DNA of 64,000 bases from positions 28,930-92,929 of the forward strand of contig CAVZER010000008.1 of the NCBI GenBank assembly GCA_963774355.1, in the 5' to 3' direction. The stretch's first letter is position 1; each line of letters opens with the position of its first letter. The notes under the pieces were generated by a model, which was given only the letters and a program-made list of their open reading frames with translations, was not told the DNA's origin and searched no databases. Made by a program: the position numbers and the translations under genes. Below are positions 26,993 to 35,115 of this stretch, one piece after another. The DNA is from an uncultured Thermoleophilia bacterium (lineage in GTDB: Bacteria; Actinomycetota; Thermoleophilia; Gaiellales; Gaiellaceae).

Positions 26993-28918
26993 CTAGGAGG
27001 TGAGAGACGGTTCCGCCCCTGCTTGCCAGGACTCAAGGTTAGCAAGTTTGTCGCGGAAATCGGCCAGCGACAGCGTGCTCTGACCCCCGCCGTGCTCTCG
27101 GATCGCCAGGGAATCGCTCGATTCCTTGTCGCCGTAGACGACGACGAACGGGATCTTGTCGATCTCGGCGTTCCGGATCCGCTTGCCGACCGTCTCGTCC
27201 GAGGCGTCGACCTCGACCCGGTACGGCGCAAGCTCATCGGCGAGCTGGACCGCCGCCTCGCGATGGCTCTCGCCCACCGGGATCACGCGGATCTGCACGG
27301 GAGCGAGCCAGAAGGGGAACGCGCCGGCGTAGTGCTCGATCAGGATCCCGACGAACCGCTCGAGCGACCCGAACAACGCGCGGTGGACGACGTAGGGCGA
27401 ATGTTCGTGGTTGTCGGCGCCCATGTAGGTGAGCCCGAAGCGCTGGGGCATCTGGGAATCGAGCTGGATCGTCCCCATCTGCCACGAGCGGCCGATCGCG
27501 TCGGTCATGTGCAGGTCGATCTTGGGCCCGTAGAACGCGCCGTCGCCCTCGTTGACGACGTAGTCGATCCCGCGCCGATCAAGCGCGGCGCGGAGCGCAC
27601 CCTCGGTGAAGTCCCATTCCTCGTCGCTGCCGATCTTGTGCTCGGGTCGCGTCGAGAGCTCGAAGCGCGCCTCGAGCCCGAAGAGGTCGTAGAGGAACGA
27701 CGCGTAGTCGATGCAGCCGAAGATCTCGTCCTCGATCTGGTCGGCCCGGCAGAAGATGTGCGCATCGTCCTGGGTGACGTGCTTCACGCGGAGCAGGCCG
27801 TGCAGCGTGCCGCCCTTCTCGTCGCGGTGCAGCGTCGACGACTCCGCGAAGCGCATCGGTAGGTCTTTGTAGCTCCGCAGACGCGACCCGAACAGCAGCA
27901 TGTGCCCGGGGCAGTTCATCGGCTTGAGGGCGAAACGACGGTCGCTCTCGTCGTGGCTCTGCACCCAGAAGATGTGCTCCTCGTAGTTCTCGAAGTGGCC
28001 CGAGGTGACGTAGGTCTCCTGGTCGTACAGAAGCGGCGTCTTCACCTCCAGATAGCCGCGCCTTTCGTTCTCGCGACGCCGGAGATCCTCGAGCTCGTTC
28101 CAGATCACCATCCCCTTCGGGTGCCAGAAGGGCGAGCCGGGCGAATGCTCGGAGAGATGGAAGAGGTCGAGCTGTAGCCCGAGCCGGCGATGGTCGCGGC
28201 GCCGTGCCTCCTCGACGCGCTCGAGGTACGCGGCCAGGTCGGCCTGCGAGTAGAAGGCCGTCCCGTAGATCCGCGTGAGCTGCGTGTTGTGCTCGTCGCC
28301 GCGCCAGTAGGCGCCGGCCAGGCCGGTGAGCTTGAACGCCTTGATCGGCCTCGCGTTCTGCAGGTGCGGGCCGCGGCAGAGATCGGTGAAGTCACCCTGG
28401 GTGTAGAGGGAGATGTCGCCCTCCGCGGTGTCGACGAGCTCGACCTTGTACGGCTCGCCCTCGGCGGTGAACCGCTTCCGTGCGTCGTCGCGGCTGATCT
28501 CCTGCCGAGTCCACTCGCGGCCCTCGGCGATCTCGCGCGCCACCTCGTCCTCGATGCGCGGGAGATCGGACTCGGAGATCGGCTCCGGGAACTCGAAGTC
28601 GTAGTAGAACCCGTTCTCGACCGGCGGGCCGATAGCGACCTTGACGCCGGGATACAGCCGTCTGACCGCCTCGGCCAGCAGGTGTGCAGACGAGTGGCGC
28701 AGCACGGCGAGCGCATCGGGGTCCTGCGCGTCGCGTGTCGTCAGAATCTGCAGGCGGGCACCGTCGGGAAGCGGCGCGCGCAGATCCTGCGGTGTGCCGT
28801 CAGCCCGCACCAGCACCGCCTGCTCGGCGAGCTTCGGGCCGATCGCCCGCGCAGCGTCGAGGCCGGTCGCGCCGTCGGGCAGCTCGAGCTCGGAATTGTC
28901 GGGCAAGAAGACTTTCAT
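26993..28918 (-). CDS. thrS: threonine--tRNA ligase
   Basis: MKVFLPDNSELELPDGATGLDAA (TGS domain), HSSAHLLA editing domain, class II core (FRCEQ-like HRDEKGGTLHGLLRV) and a C-terminal anticodon-binding domain. ATG at 28918. Confidence 0.95.
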   Translation of the reverse strand: MKVFLPDNSELELPDGATGLDAARAIGPKLAEQAVLVRADGTPQDLRAPLPDGARLQILTTRDAQDPDALAVLRHSSAHLLAEAVRRLYPGVKVAIGPPVENGFYYDFEFPEPISESDLPRIEDEVAREIAEGREWTRQEISRDDARKRFTAEGEPYKVELVDTAEGDISLYTQGDFTDLCRGPHLQNARPIKAFKLTGLAGAYWRGDEHNTQLTRIYGTAFYSQADLAAYLERVEEARRRDHRRLGLQLDLFHLSEHSPGSPFWHPKGMVIWNELEDLRRRENERRGYLEVKTPLLYDQETYVTSGHFENYEEHIFWVQSHDESDRRFALKPMNCPGHMLLFGSRLRSYKDLPMRFAESSTLHRDEKGGTLHGLLRVKHVTQDDAHIFCRADQIEDEIFGCIDYASFLYDLFGLEARFELSTRPEHKIGSDEEWDFTEGALRAALDRRGIDYVVNEGDGAFYGPKIDLHMTDAIGRSWQMGTIQLDSQMPQRFGLTYMGADNHEHSPYVVHRALFGSLERFVGILIEHYAGAFPFWLAPVQIRVIPVGESHREAAVQLADELAPYRVEVDASDETVGKRIRNAEIDKIPFVVVYGDKESSDSLAIREHGGGQSTLSLADFRDKLANLESWQAGAEPSLTS

Positions 28919-28978
28919 CGGACGTCCAAGGTTAGTCGCGCGGCTCTCCGGGATAGAGAGAAGCCGGCGGGAGGGGCC

Positions 28979-29006
28979 GGTGCCTGGCACCTAGGTGCCA
29001 GGCACC
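28979..29006. repeat. 28-nt palindromic repeat, perfect copy
   Basis: GGTGCCTGGCACC-ta-GGTGCCAGGCACC, 61 nt upstream of the thrS start. Confidence 0.9.
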
Positions 29007-29053
29007 GCGCATTCACTTGCTGCAAAGTGCGCCTCTTTCATCGAGCGGGGCTC

Positions 29054-29083
29054 TTGCGCGGATCGAGTTCCGCCGCATAGATT
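29054..29083 (+). promoter_or_regulatory. promoter-like box of sRNA candidate copy 1
   Basis: TTGCGC (29054-29059), an 18-nt spacer, then TAGATT (29078-29083). The same arrangement precedes copy 2. Confidence 0.5.
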
Positions 29084-29208
29084 GCGGCTCCCGTCGGGTG
29101 CGTGACGCGAGTAGGTCGAAGCCCCGCCGAGCGACTGCAAAAAGGCGCAAGCCCAAAGCGGCCGGTTGGCGAGGTGGACGAAAGCGACACCGCTCGGCGG
29201 GATTTTTG
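29084..29208 (+). ncRNA. candidate structured sRNA or cis-leader, copy 1 (family not recognised)
   Basis: About 125 nt from the promoter box to a CCGC-UCG-GCGG hairpin plus U5. By manual alignment it is about 70-75% identical to 34942-35068. Invariant blocks are GCGGCUCCCG, CGCGAGUAGGUCGA, CCGAGCGACU, GGCCGGU and GGUGGACGAAAGCG. Confidence 0.55.
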
Positions 29209-29351
29209 GTTGGGGGAGCACCTCCGGTTCTCCCCCCAAGGCCCCCCTCTCCGACACTTGGCGACTCGCGGTGGGCGAGCACGGGCAGAGCCCGCACTCG
29301 CCGTCAAGCGCTCCGCACCCGCGACCCGCGCGACTGCGTCAAGATCGCTTC

Positions 29352-30503
29352 GTGGACTTCTCACTCAGTCCGGAGCAGGAACTGATCAAGAGCACAGCTC
29401 GGGCGTTTTGCGATTCGGAGATCGCTCCTCACGCGGCTGCTTGGGATCGCGCGGAGGCGGTCGACCGCGGGATCGTGGCGAAGCTCGCCGAGCTCGGCTT
29501 TCTCGCGGCTGCGCTGCCCGCCGAGCACGGCGGGCTCTCACTCGACCACGTCTCGTACGCGCTGATCGTCGAGGAGCTCGGCCGGGCAGACTCGAACATC
29601 CGCGGGATCGTCTCGGTCTCGAACGGGCTCTACGGCAAGTCCGTCGCCCGCTTCGGCTCGCCCGAGCAGCGGCAGCGGCTGCTGCCGCCGCTGGCAGCAG
29701 GCGAGGAGCTCGGCTGTTACGCGCTCACCGAGCCTGGCGCCGGATCGGACCCGGGCGGGCTCGAGACGCGCGCCGTCCGCGACGGCGCCGACTGGCTGAT
29801 CAGCGGCAGGAAGATCTTCATCACGCTCGGCACGTGGGCCGCGCACGCGCTCGTGTTCGCCCGCACCGGCGAGCCGGGGCCGCGCGGGATCACGTGCTTC
29901 GTCGTCCCGACAAACGCGCCGGGCTTCGAGTCCCGGCCGGTCAAGGGGAAGCTCGGTCTCCGCGCGCAGGACACGGCCGAGCTTTTCCTCGACGACGTCC
30001 GCGTGCCGGACAGCGCCCGCCTCGGCGACGAGGGCAGCGGGTTCAAGATCGCGATGACGGCGCTCGACCACGGACGCATCTCGCTCGGCGCGGGTTGCGT
30101 CGGGATCGCGCAGGGGTGCCTCGACGCGTCGGTGGCGTACACGAAGGAACGGCACCAGTTCGGCCGGCCGATCGCGAGCTTCCAGCTCGTCCAGGAGCTG
30201 CTCGCGGACATCGCCGTCGAGACGGAGGCCGCGCGCCTCCTCGTCTGGCGCGCGGCCGCGATCGCCGACCGTGGCGAGCGCCACACGGTCGAGGCCTCCG
30301 TGGCGAAGTACTTCGCGAGCGAGGTCGCCGTCCGCGCCGCCAACGCAGCCCTTCAGGCGCACGGCGGCTACGGCTACGTCGACGAGTTCCCGGTCGGCAA
30401 GTACCTCCGCGACGCCCGCGTGACAACGCTCTACGAGGGCACGAGCCAGATCCAGAAGCTCCTGATCGGGCGCGCGCTGACCGGTGAGAATGCGTTCACG
30501 TGA
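29352..30503 (+). CDS. acyl-CoA dehydrogenase
   Basis: GTG at 29352. VDFSLSPEQELIKSTARAFCDSEIAPHAAAWD...YALTEPGAGSD...YEGTSQIQKLLIGRAL. Confidence 0.9.
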   Translation: MDFSLSPEQELIKSTARAFCDSEIAPHAAAWDRAEAVDRGIVAKLAELGFLAAALPAEHGGLSLDHVSYALIVEELGRADSNIRGIVSVSNGLYGKSVARFGSPEQRQRLLPPLAAGEELGCYALTEPGAGSDPGGLETRAVRDGADWLISGRKIFITLGTWAAHALVFARTGEPGPRGITCFVVPTNAPGFESRPVKGKLGLRAQDTAELFLDDVRVPDSARLGDEGSGFKIAMTALDHGRISLGAGCVGIAQGCLDASVAYTKERHQFGRPIASFQLVQELLADIAVETEAARLLVWRAAAIADRGERHTVEASVAKYFASEVAVRAANAALQAHGGYGYVDEFPVGKYLRDARVTTLYEGTSQIQKLLIGRALTGENAFT

Positions 30504-30570
30504 GGTCCTGGACCGACCCGGGACAAAGGTCTAGGTTGAACCCACTTTCCTACCCTTTACACCAAGGTTG

Positions 30571-31323
30571 ATGCGTAGAACCATACGGAGGGCCAGGAAA
30601 AACGCAGACAACCAAATTCGAAAGGCGGCCCTTTCGATGGGTAATGGGGAGGAACGGACGGCAGTCGTACTCGACGACCAGCCGTTGTGGCTTGACGCAC
30701 TCGAACAACTGCTCGCCAAGGCAGGGGTCCGGGTTGTCGGGAAGACCACGCAAATCGAAAGCGCACTCGGGCTCGTCGATGAGCTCCGGCCCGACGTGCT
30801 CATCGCCGGCACGGACGCGGCGAACATCCCGGACGGGGGAATCAGGTGCGTTGCCCGCGCTCACCAGCGCTGGCCCGAGCTCAAGTCAGTCGTTCTCGCA
30901 CCGGATTACGATCCAAGGCAGATCGAGGCAGCGTTCGCTGCCGGCGCGTCGGTCTGCTGCATCAAGCGGGCAGCCGTCGACGATCTGGCGGTTGCGATTC
31001 GCCAGGCGTTCGACCACTCGATCTTTCTCGCCTCATCGCACGGCACGCCGGTTGTCGCGCGTACCCCGTCGAGGGGCGTGGGACGCGAGGAGGGCGTAGG
31101 CGTCCTGACGCGTCGCGAGATCGAGATTCTGCGGCTCGTCGCCGAGGGTCATTCCAACTCGGCCCTTGCGAAGATGCTGTGGGTGACGGAACAGACCGTC
31201 AAGTTCCATCTCGCCAACATCTACCGCAAGCTGGATGTCGCAAACAGGACCGAAGCGAGTCGGTGGGCACATGTCAACGGCATGCTGACACCCGCAAGCC
31301 CGGCGGTGAACGCGGCGGCGTGA
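30571..31323 (+). CDS. LuxR/NarL-type response regulator with an atypical receiver domain
   Basis: The C-terminal LTRREIEILRLVAEGHSNSALAKMLWVTEQTVKFHLANIYRKL is an HTH. The receiver-like N-terminus has AVVLDDQPLW, but the usual phospho-Asp context reads DVLIAGTD. Alternative starts are TTG 30568 and ATG 30637. Confidence 0.75.
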   Translation: MRRTIRRARKNADNQIRKAALSMGNGEERTAVVLDDQPLWLDALEQLLAKAGVRVVGKTTQIESALGLVDELRPDVLIAGTDAANIPDGGIRCVARAHQRWPELKSVVLAPDYDPRQIEAAFAAGASVCCIKRAAVDDLAVAIRQAFDHSIFLASSHGTPVVARTPSRGVGREEGVGVLTRREIEILRLVAEGHSNSALAKMLWVTEQTVKFHLANIYRKLDVANRTEASRWAHVNGMLTPASPAVNAAA

Positions 31324-31555
31324 CCCGCCGATAGCGGCGACTGCCCAGCGTGGGCTGACAGGGGGAACATGCGGCCCAGCCCCCTGCCGCCCACGCGAAG
31401 GGCATCCCGCGCCTCAGCCATCGAGGGCGAGTTGACGAACCTCCCATAAGGGTGGGGAATCTTTCACCCCCCGCTTGGCCGGACCGAAAGGCTCCGGAGT
31501 GTCGAAAGGATCGCGCTTTGCGCGAATTGGGCGGCTAACCCTTCGGACGGGTACC

Positions 31556-32542
31556 TCAGAACGCGAAGCGCGCCCGCAACTGCTGGAGCACCTGGCCTGC
31601 GATGAGGTCGCCGGCGGCGGCGGTGTAGTGGACACCGTCGGGGAGGCGCATCAGCGTCAGCTGGCCGTGCACCCGGAGGTACGCGGCGTAGCGGCCGTGC
31701 GCATCGGCGAGCATGTCCCACGTGTCGACGTACGTCGACGTTCGCGGATTCTCCTTCGCGACGGATTCGAGAATGCGGTTGACGATCGGGAAGCTGTGCC
31801 GGAAGCCCGAGCCGTCCGGGATCGGCAGGCCGAGCCACACGACGTAGACGCCTCGATCGGCCAGCTCGCGCGTGACACCCTCGACGCGGCGCCGGTACTC
31901 GGCGTCCCACGATGGGCTCCCGAGCGGGCCGACCGTCTTCCCCTTTGGCACGCCCGCCATGTAGTTATGGGCGTCGTCGGCACCGAACGAGAACACGACG
32001 ACCTTCGGCGCGAGCTGATGGACCGCCGCCGGGATGCGCAGGAACCAGTTGTAGAGATCCGGCCGCGCGAGGCCCGTCGACAGGCGGCTCTCGATGCCGA
32101 CGATGTCTACGGAGGAGCCCGCAACGCGCTGGAGCCCCTGGCCCGGGACCTCGGCGAGCGAGTCACCCGCGACCCAGAGCCGCAGTGGATGTGCCGCGGT
32201 GAACCGCGGGAGCGGAGCCGCGTGGTGCGTGTGCGGCTTCACCCTCGACGGAGCGGTCGCGGGATGCGCCGGCGGCAATGCGAAGTGCACCTGGGTATCG
32301 ATCTGATCCCAGCTCTGACGCCCGAGCGCCACCTGGATCGCGTGTCTCGGCGCCGTCAGGTGCAGGAAGCTGCTCACGTCCACGAGCGGCCGCGCGACGG
32401 CGAGCCCGATGTCGCGGCGGAGCCCCGGCTGCTGGATCTCTGCCGTCTTGCGCATCCCCTTGGCGTTGAGCAGCGCCGCGAAGACCAACGTCAGCAGGCA
32501 GACGGCGACGCTGCGGGCGGCTGATTGTGGCGGGATTCTCAT
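31556..32542 (-). CDS. SGNH/GDSL-like hydrolase (DUF459-type), secreted or membrane-anchored
   Basis: N-terminal TM/signal segment, then LWVAGDSLA (block I GDS) ...FSFGADD...PDGVHYT. Lies immediately downstream of the MBOAT gene. Confidence 0.7.
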   Translation of the reverse strand: MRIPPQSAARSVAVCLLTLVFAALLNAKGMRKTAEIQQPGLRRDIGLAVARPLVDVSSFLHLTAPRHAIQVALGRQSWDQIDTQVHFALPPAHPATAPSRVKPHTHHAAPLPRFTAAHPLRLWVAGDSLAEVPGQGLQRVAGSSVDIVGIESRLSTGLARPDLYNWFLRIPAAVHQLAPKVVVFSFGADDAHNYMAGVPKGKTVGPLGSPSWDAEYRRRVEGVTRELADRGVYVVWLGLPIPDGSGFRHSFPIVNRILESVAKENPRTSTYVDTWDMLADAHGRYAAYLRVHGQLTLMRLPDGVHYTAAAGDLIAGQVLQQLRARFAF

Positions 32543-32548
32543 GAGCGT

Positions 32549-33931
32549 CTAGAAGCGGAAGTAGATGAAGGGAGCGACACCTTGCGGCCCGAGCGCGTCG
32601 ATCACCAGTAGGCATACGGCGAGGCAGGCGGCCTGGAGGACGGTCGCCAGGCGCCCGAACCGGAGCTCGATCCACGAGAGGGCGCTCGGGCGGACGTACT
32701 GCACCCCGATGCCGAACACGATCGCGACGACGACGGAGGTGGTCACGAGCGGCGAGGGTTGCCCCCACGCGTCGAAGAGCCGCTGCAGGATCTGCCACGC
32801 GCGCCCGAACGAGTCTGCGCGGAAGAACACCCACGCGAAGCAGACGATCTGGAAGGTCAGGATCCGGCCGAACCAGATGCCTGCGGTCGAGGTCGGCCTT
32901 CGTCCGATCGCCCGCTCGATGCAGAGCCCGGTGCCGTGGATGGCGCCCCAGGCGACGAACGTCCACGCGGCGCCGTGCCAGAGGCCGCCGAGCAGCATCG
33001 TGATCATGAGGTTGACGTACGTCCGGACGCGACCCTTGTGACTGCCCCCGAGCGGGATGTAGAGGTAGTCGCGGAGCCACCGCGAGAGCGTCATGTGCCA
33101 GCGGCGCCAGAAGTCCTGCAGCGAGACCGCCGAGTAGGGCGAATCGAAGTTCTGCGGGAACTTGAACCCGAGCAGGAGCGCGATCCCGATCGCGATGTTC
33201 GTGTAGCCGCAGAAGTCGGCGAAGATCTGGACGGCGTAGCCGTAGATCGCGACGAGCACCTCTAGCGACGAGTAGCGGTTCGGAGCCGCGAACACCTCGT
33301 CGACGATGTGGGTCGACAGGTGGTTCGCGATCACCACCTTGAGGAACAGGCCGCTGACGATCAGGAAGAACGCGCGCGAGTTGTCGACGCGACGCGGATC
33401 GCGCGGGCTTTCGAGCTGCGGCATGAGCTCGCTGGCGCGGACGATCGGGCCGGCGACGAGGTGCGGAAAGAACGCCTGGAAGACCGCGAAGCGCGCGAAA
33501 GACGCGGGCACGACCTCTCCGCGGTAGGTGTCGACGACGTACGAGATCGCCATGAACGTGTAGAAGGAGATGCCGATCGGCAGCGCCGCGTTGACGAGCC
33601 ACGACGTTCCGACGAGGTTGTCGACCGAGCTGACCAGGAACCCGGAGTACTTGAAGTAGGCGAGCAGGCCGACGTCGAACCCGACCGCCAGCGTGAGGAA
33701 GGTCTTGCGCGCCGCGGTCGTCGTCGACCGGAAGATGGCCACGGCGAGAACGTGGTTCACGACCGTCGAGGCCATGAGCAGGAACACGAATCGCCAGTCC
33801 CACCAGCCGTAGAACACGTAGCTGGCGAGCAGGATCCAGCCCATCCATGTGCGCCGGTGCCGCTGCAGCGCCCACGAGACGGGCAGGACGATCATGAAGA
33901 AGACTGCGAAGGTGGCGGTCGGGAACAGCAT
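32549..33931 (-). CDS. MBOAT-family O-acyltransferase (AlgI/DltB/PatA-like)
   Basis: 460 aa, multi-TM, with the conserved FWRRWHMTLSRWLRDYLYIPLGG ... LLGGLWHGAAW histidine motif. Confidence 0.9.
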   Translation of the reverse strand: MLFPTATFAVFFMIVLPVSWALQRHRRTWMGWILLASYVFYGWWDWRFVFLLMASTVVNHVLAVAIFRSTTTAARKTFLTLAVGFDVGLLAYFKYSGFLVSSVDNLVGTSWLVNAALPIGISFYTFMAISYVVDTYRGEVVPASFARFAVFQAFFPHLVAGPIVRASELMPQLESPRDPRRVDNSRAFFLIVSGLFLKVVIANHLSTHIVDEVFAAPNRYSSLEVLVAIYGYAVQIFADFCGYTNIAIGIALLLGFKFPQNFDSPYSAVSLQDFWRRWHMTLSRWLRDYLYIPLGGSHKGRVRTYVNLMITMLLGGLWHGAAWTFVAWGAIHGTGLCIERAIGRRPTSTAGIWFGRILTFQIVCFAWVFFRADSFGRAWQILQRLFDAWGQPSPLVTTSVVVAIVFGIGVQYVRPSALSWIELRFGRLATVLQAACLAVCLLVIDALGPQGVAPFIYFRF

Positions 33932-33946
33932 CGGCCCGCGGCAGCG

Positions 33947-34837
33947 TTAACGGACGACGTGGAGGGTGAGTCGCCGAGTCGACGATGTCCCGGTCGAATC
34001 GGTGATGCGCACGTTGAACGTGTAGGCACCGGCGGCCGCCCGCGGACGGCCGCGGACGACACCGTCCGCCTCCAGGTGCAGGCCGGCCGGGGCGCGTTCG
34101 AGCAGCGACCACCGGTACGGCCCGATGCCGGCGCCGCCCACGAGCCGTGCCGAGTAGGCCGCGCCCAGCGTCGCAACGGGCAGGCGGGAGGTCTTGACGC
34201 GAACGTCGGGTGGGGCGACACCGCCCGCGTCGAGCGCCTTGTGGATCAACGTCGCCATCGCCTGGGCGCCCGACCCGTTCAGGTGGAGCCCGTCGCTCTG
34301 GAACCAGTCAGGGTGGCTCCGGGAGTAGACGTTCCAGTCGACGATCGTGAGCTCGGGGTGGTTCGCGACCGCCGCCTCGAGCGCAGCGTTCATGGTCAGG
34401 TAGGGGTGCCGCGCGGCACGCAGGGTGAGCCAGAAGATGTGCTTGACGCCGGCGCTCTCGAGCGCAGCAAGGGCGTTCTGGAGATCCTGCGGATAGGTGT
34501 CCTCGTGGTCGTTGTAGCCGACGGCAACCACGACGTTCGGCCCGATCGACGCGCCGAGCGACTGGACGAGCTGGATCACGTTGGGCGGGCGAACGCCGTT
34601 GTAGGGGCAGCTGTCGCCGGCGAGTCGCCGGCACGGAGCCACCTGAAGGTTCAGCGAGACCTCCCGACGTACCTCGGCGAGCGCCGTGCTCGTCTCCGCG
34701 ATCGCGTCGGCGACCGAGTCGCCGATCAGGGTCACCTGGGGCGCCTTCGTCTGGGCGCGCGGCGCACCCGTAGCGCCGGCGGCGAGCGCCCCCAAGACGA
34801 CGAACGCTGCGACCCCTGCGAGAGCGCGCGCCATCAC
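33947..34837 (-). CDS. secreted SGNH-hydrolase-like protein with a C-terminal Ig-like domain
   Basis: Signal peptide, VTLIGDSVAD (GDS block), GYNDH, DGLHLN and a C-terminal YRWSL...GAYTFNVRITD beta-sandwich-like tail. Confidence 0.7.
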   Translation of the reverse strand: MMARALAGVAAFVVLGALAAGATGAPRAQTKAPQVTLIGDSVADAIAETSTALAEVRREVSLNLQVAPCRRLAGDSCPYNGVRPPNVIQLVQSLGASIGPNVVVAVGYNDHEDTYPQDLQNALAALESAGVKHIFWLTLRAARHPYLTMNAALEAAVANHPELTIVDWNVYSRSHPDWFQSDGLHLNGSGAQAMATLIHKALDAGGVAPPDVRVKTSRLPVATLGAAYSARLVGGAGIGPYRWSLLERAPAGLHLEADGVVRGRPRAAAGAYTFNVRITDSTGTSSTRRLTLHVVR

Positions 34838-34911
34838 GCCCGATCGTAGCCGCTCGTTCCGCCCGCCAGACGCGGAGTCGCAACGAGCGCGTTTTTCGTC
34901 GCGACCCCTGC

Positions 34912-34941
34912 TTGCGCGCCGCGATCGGCCGCGGATAGTCT
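34912..34941 (+). promoter_or_regulatory. promoter-like box of sRNA candidate copy 2
   Basis: TTGCGC (34912-34917), an 18-nt spacer, then TAGTCT (34936-34941). Confidence 0.5.
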
Positions 34942-35068
34942 GCGGCTCCCGCCGGGCGCGGAGCGCGAGTAGGTCGATATCCCACCGAGCGACTCAGGCG
35001 CGCGCAAGCGCGAACGGGCCGGTCGGAGGGGTGGACGAAAGCGCCCCCCGCGCCAGGCGGGTTTTTTC
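34942..35068 (+). ncRNA. candidate structured sRNA or cis-leader, copy 2
   Basis: Paralogue of 29084-29208. It ends in a CCCGC-GCCAG-GCGGG hairpin plus U6, and similarity stops at the U-run. Confidence 0.55.
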
Positions 35069-35115
35069 TTGGCAGACTGCGGGCAGGAGTAGCAGGCAGA
35101 CGCGGCCAAACAGCT

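Noticed and set aside
29084-29208. Assigning the repeated RNA unit to a known class: T-box leader for thrS, ZTP/pfl, c-di-GMP-I, yybP-ykoY (Mn), guanidine riboswitches, SRP RNA, 6S or RNase P.
   Set aside because: - Only short fragments resemble these families: GAGUAG, GGACGAAAGC and UGGCG..GGUGGA.
- The defining elements are absent. These include the T-box AGGGUGGNACCGCG and specifier loop, the ZTP CCGCCUGGGC pseudoknot strand, GEMM GCAAA/CAAAGC conservation in both copies, and the SRP GGAA/AGCA motif.
- The downstream genes do not fit those regulons.
30504-30514. GGTCCTGGACC palindrome after the acyl-CoA dehydrogenase stop as another member of the GGTGCC repeat family.
   Set aside because: It has the same shape (5-1-5 palindrome) but a different sequence and no paired second unit. 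It is more likely an unrelated small terminator-like hairpin.
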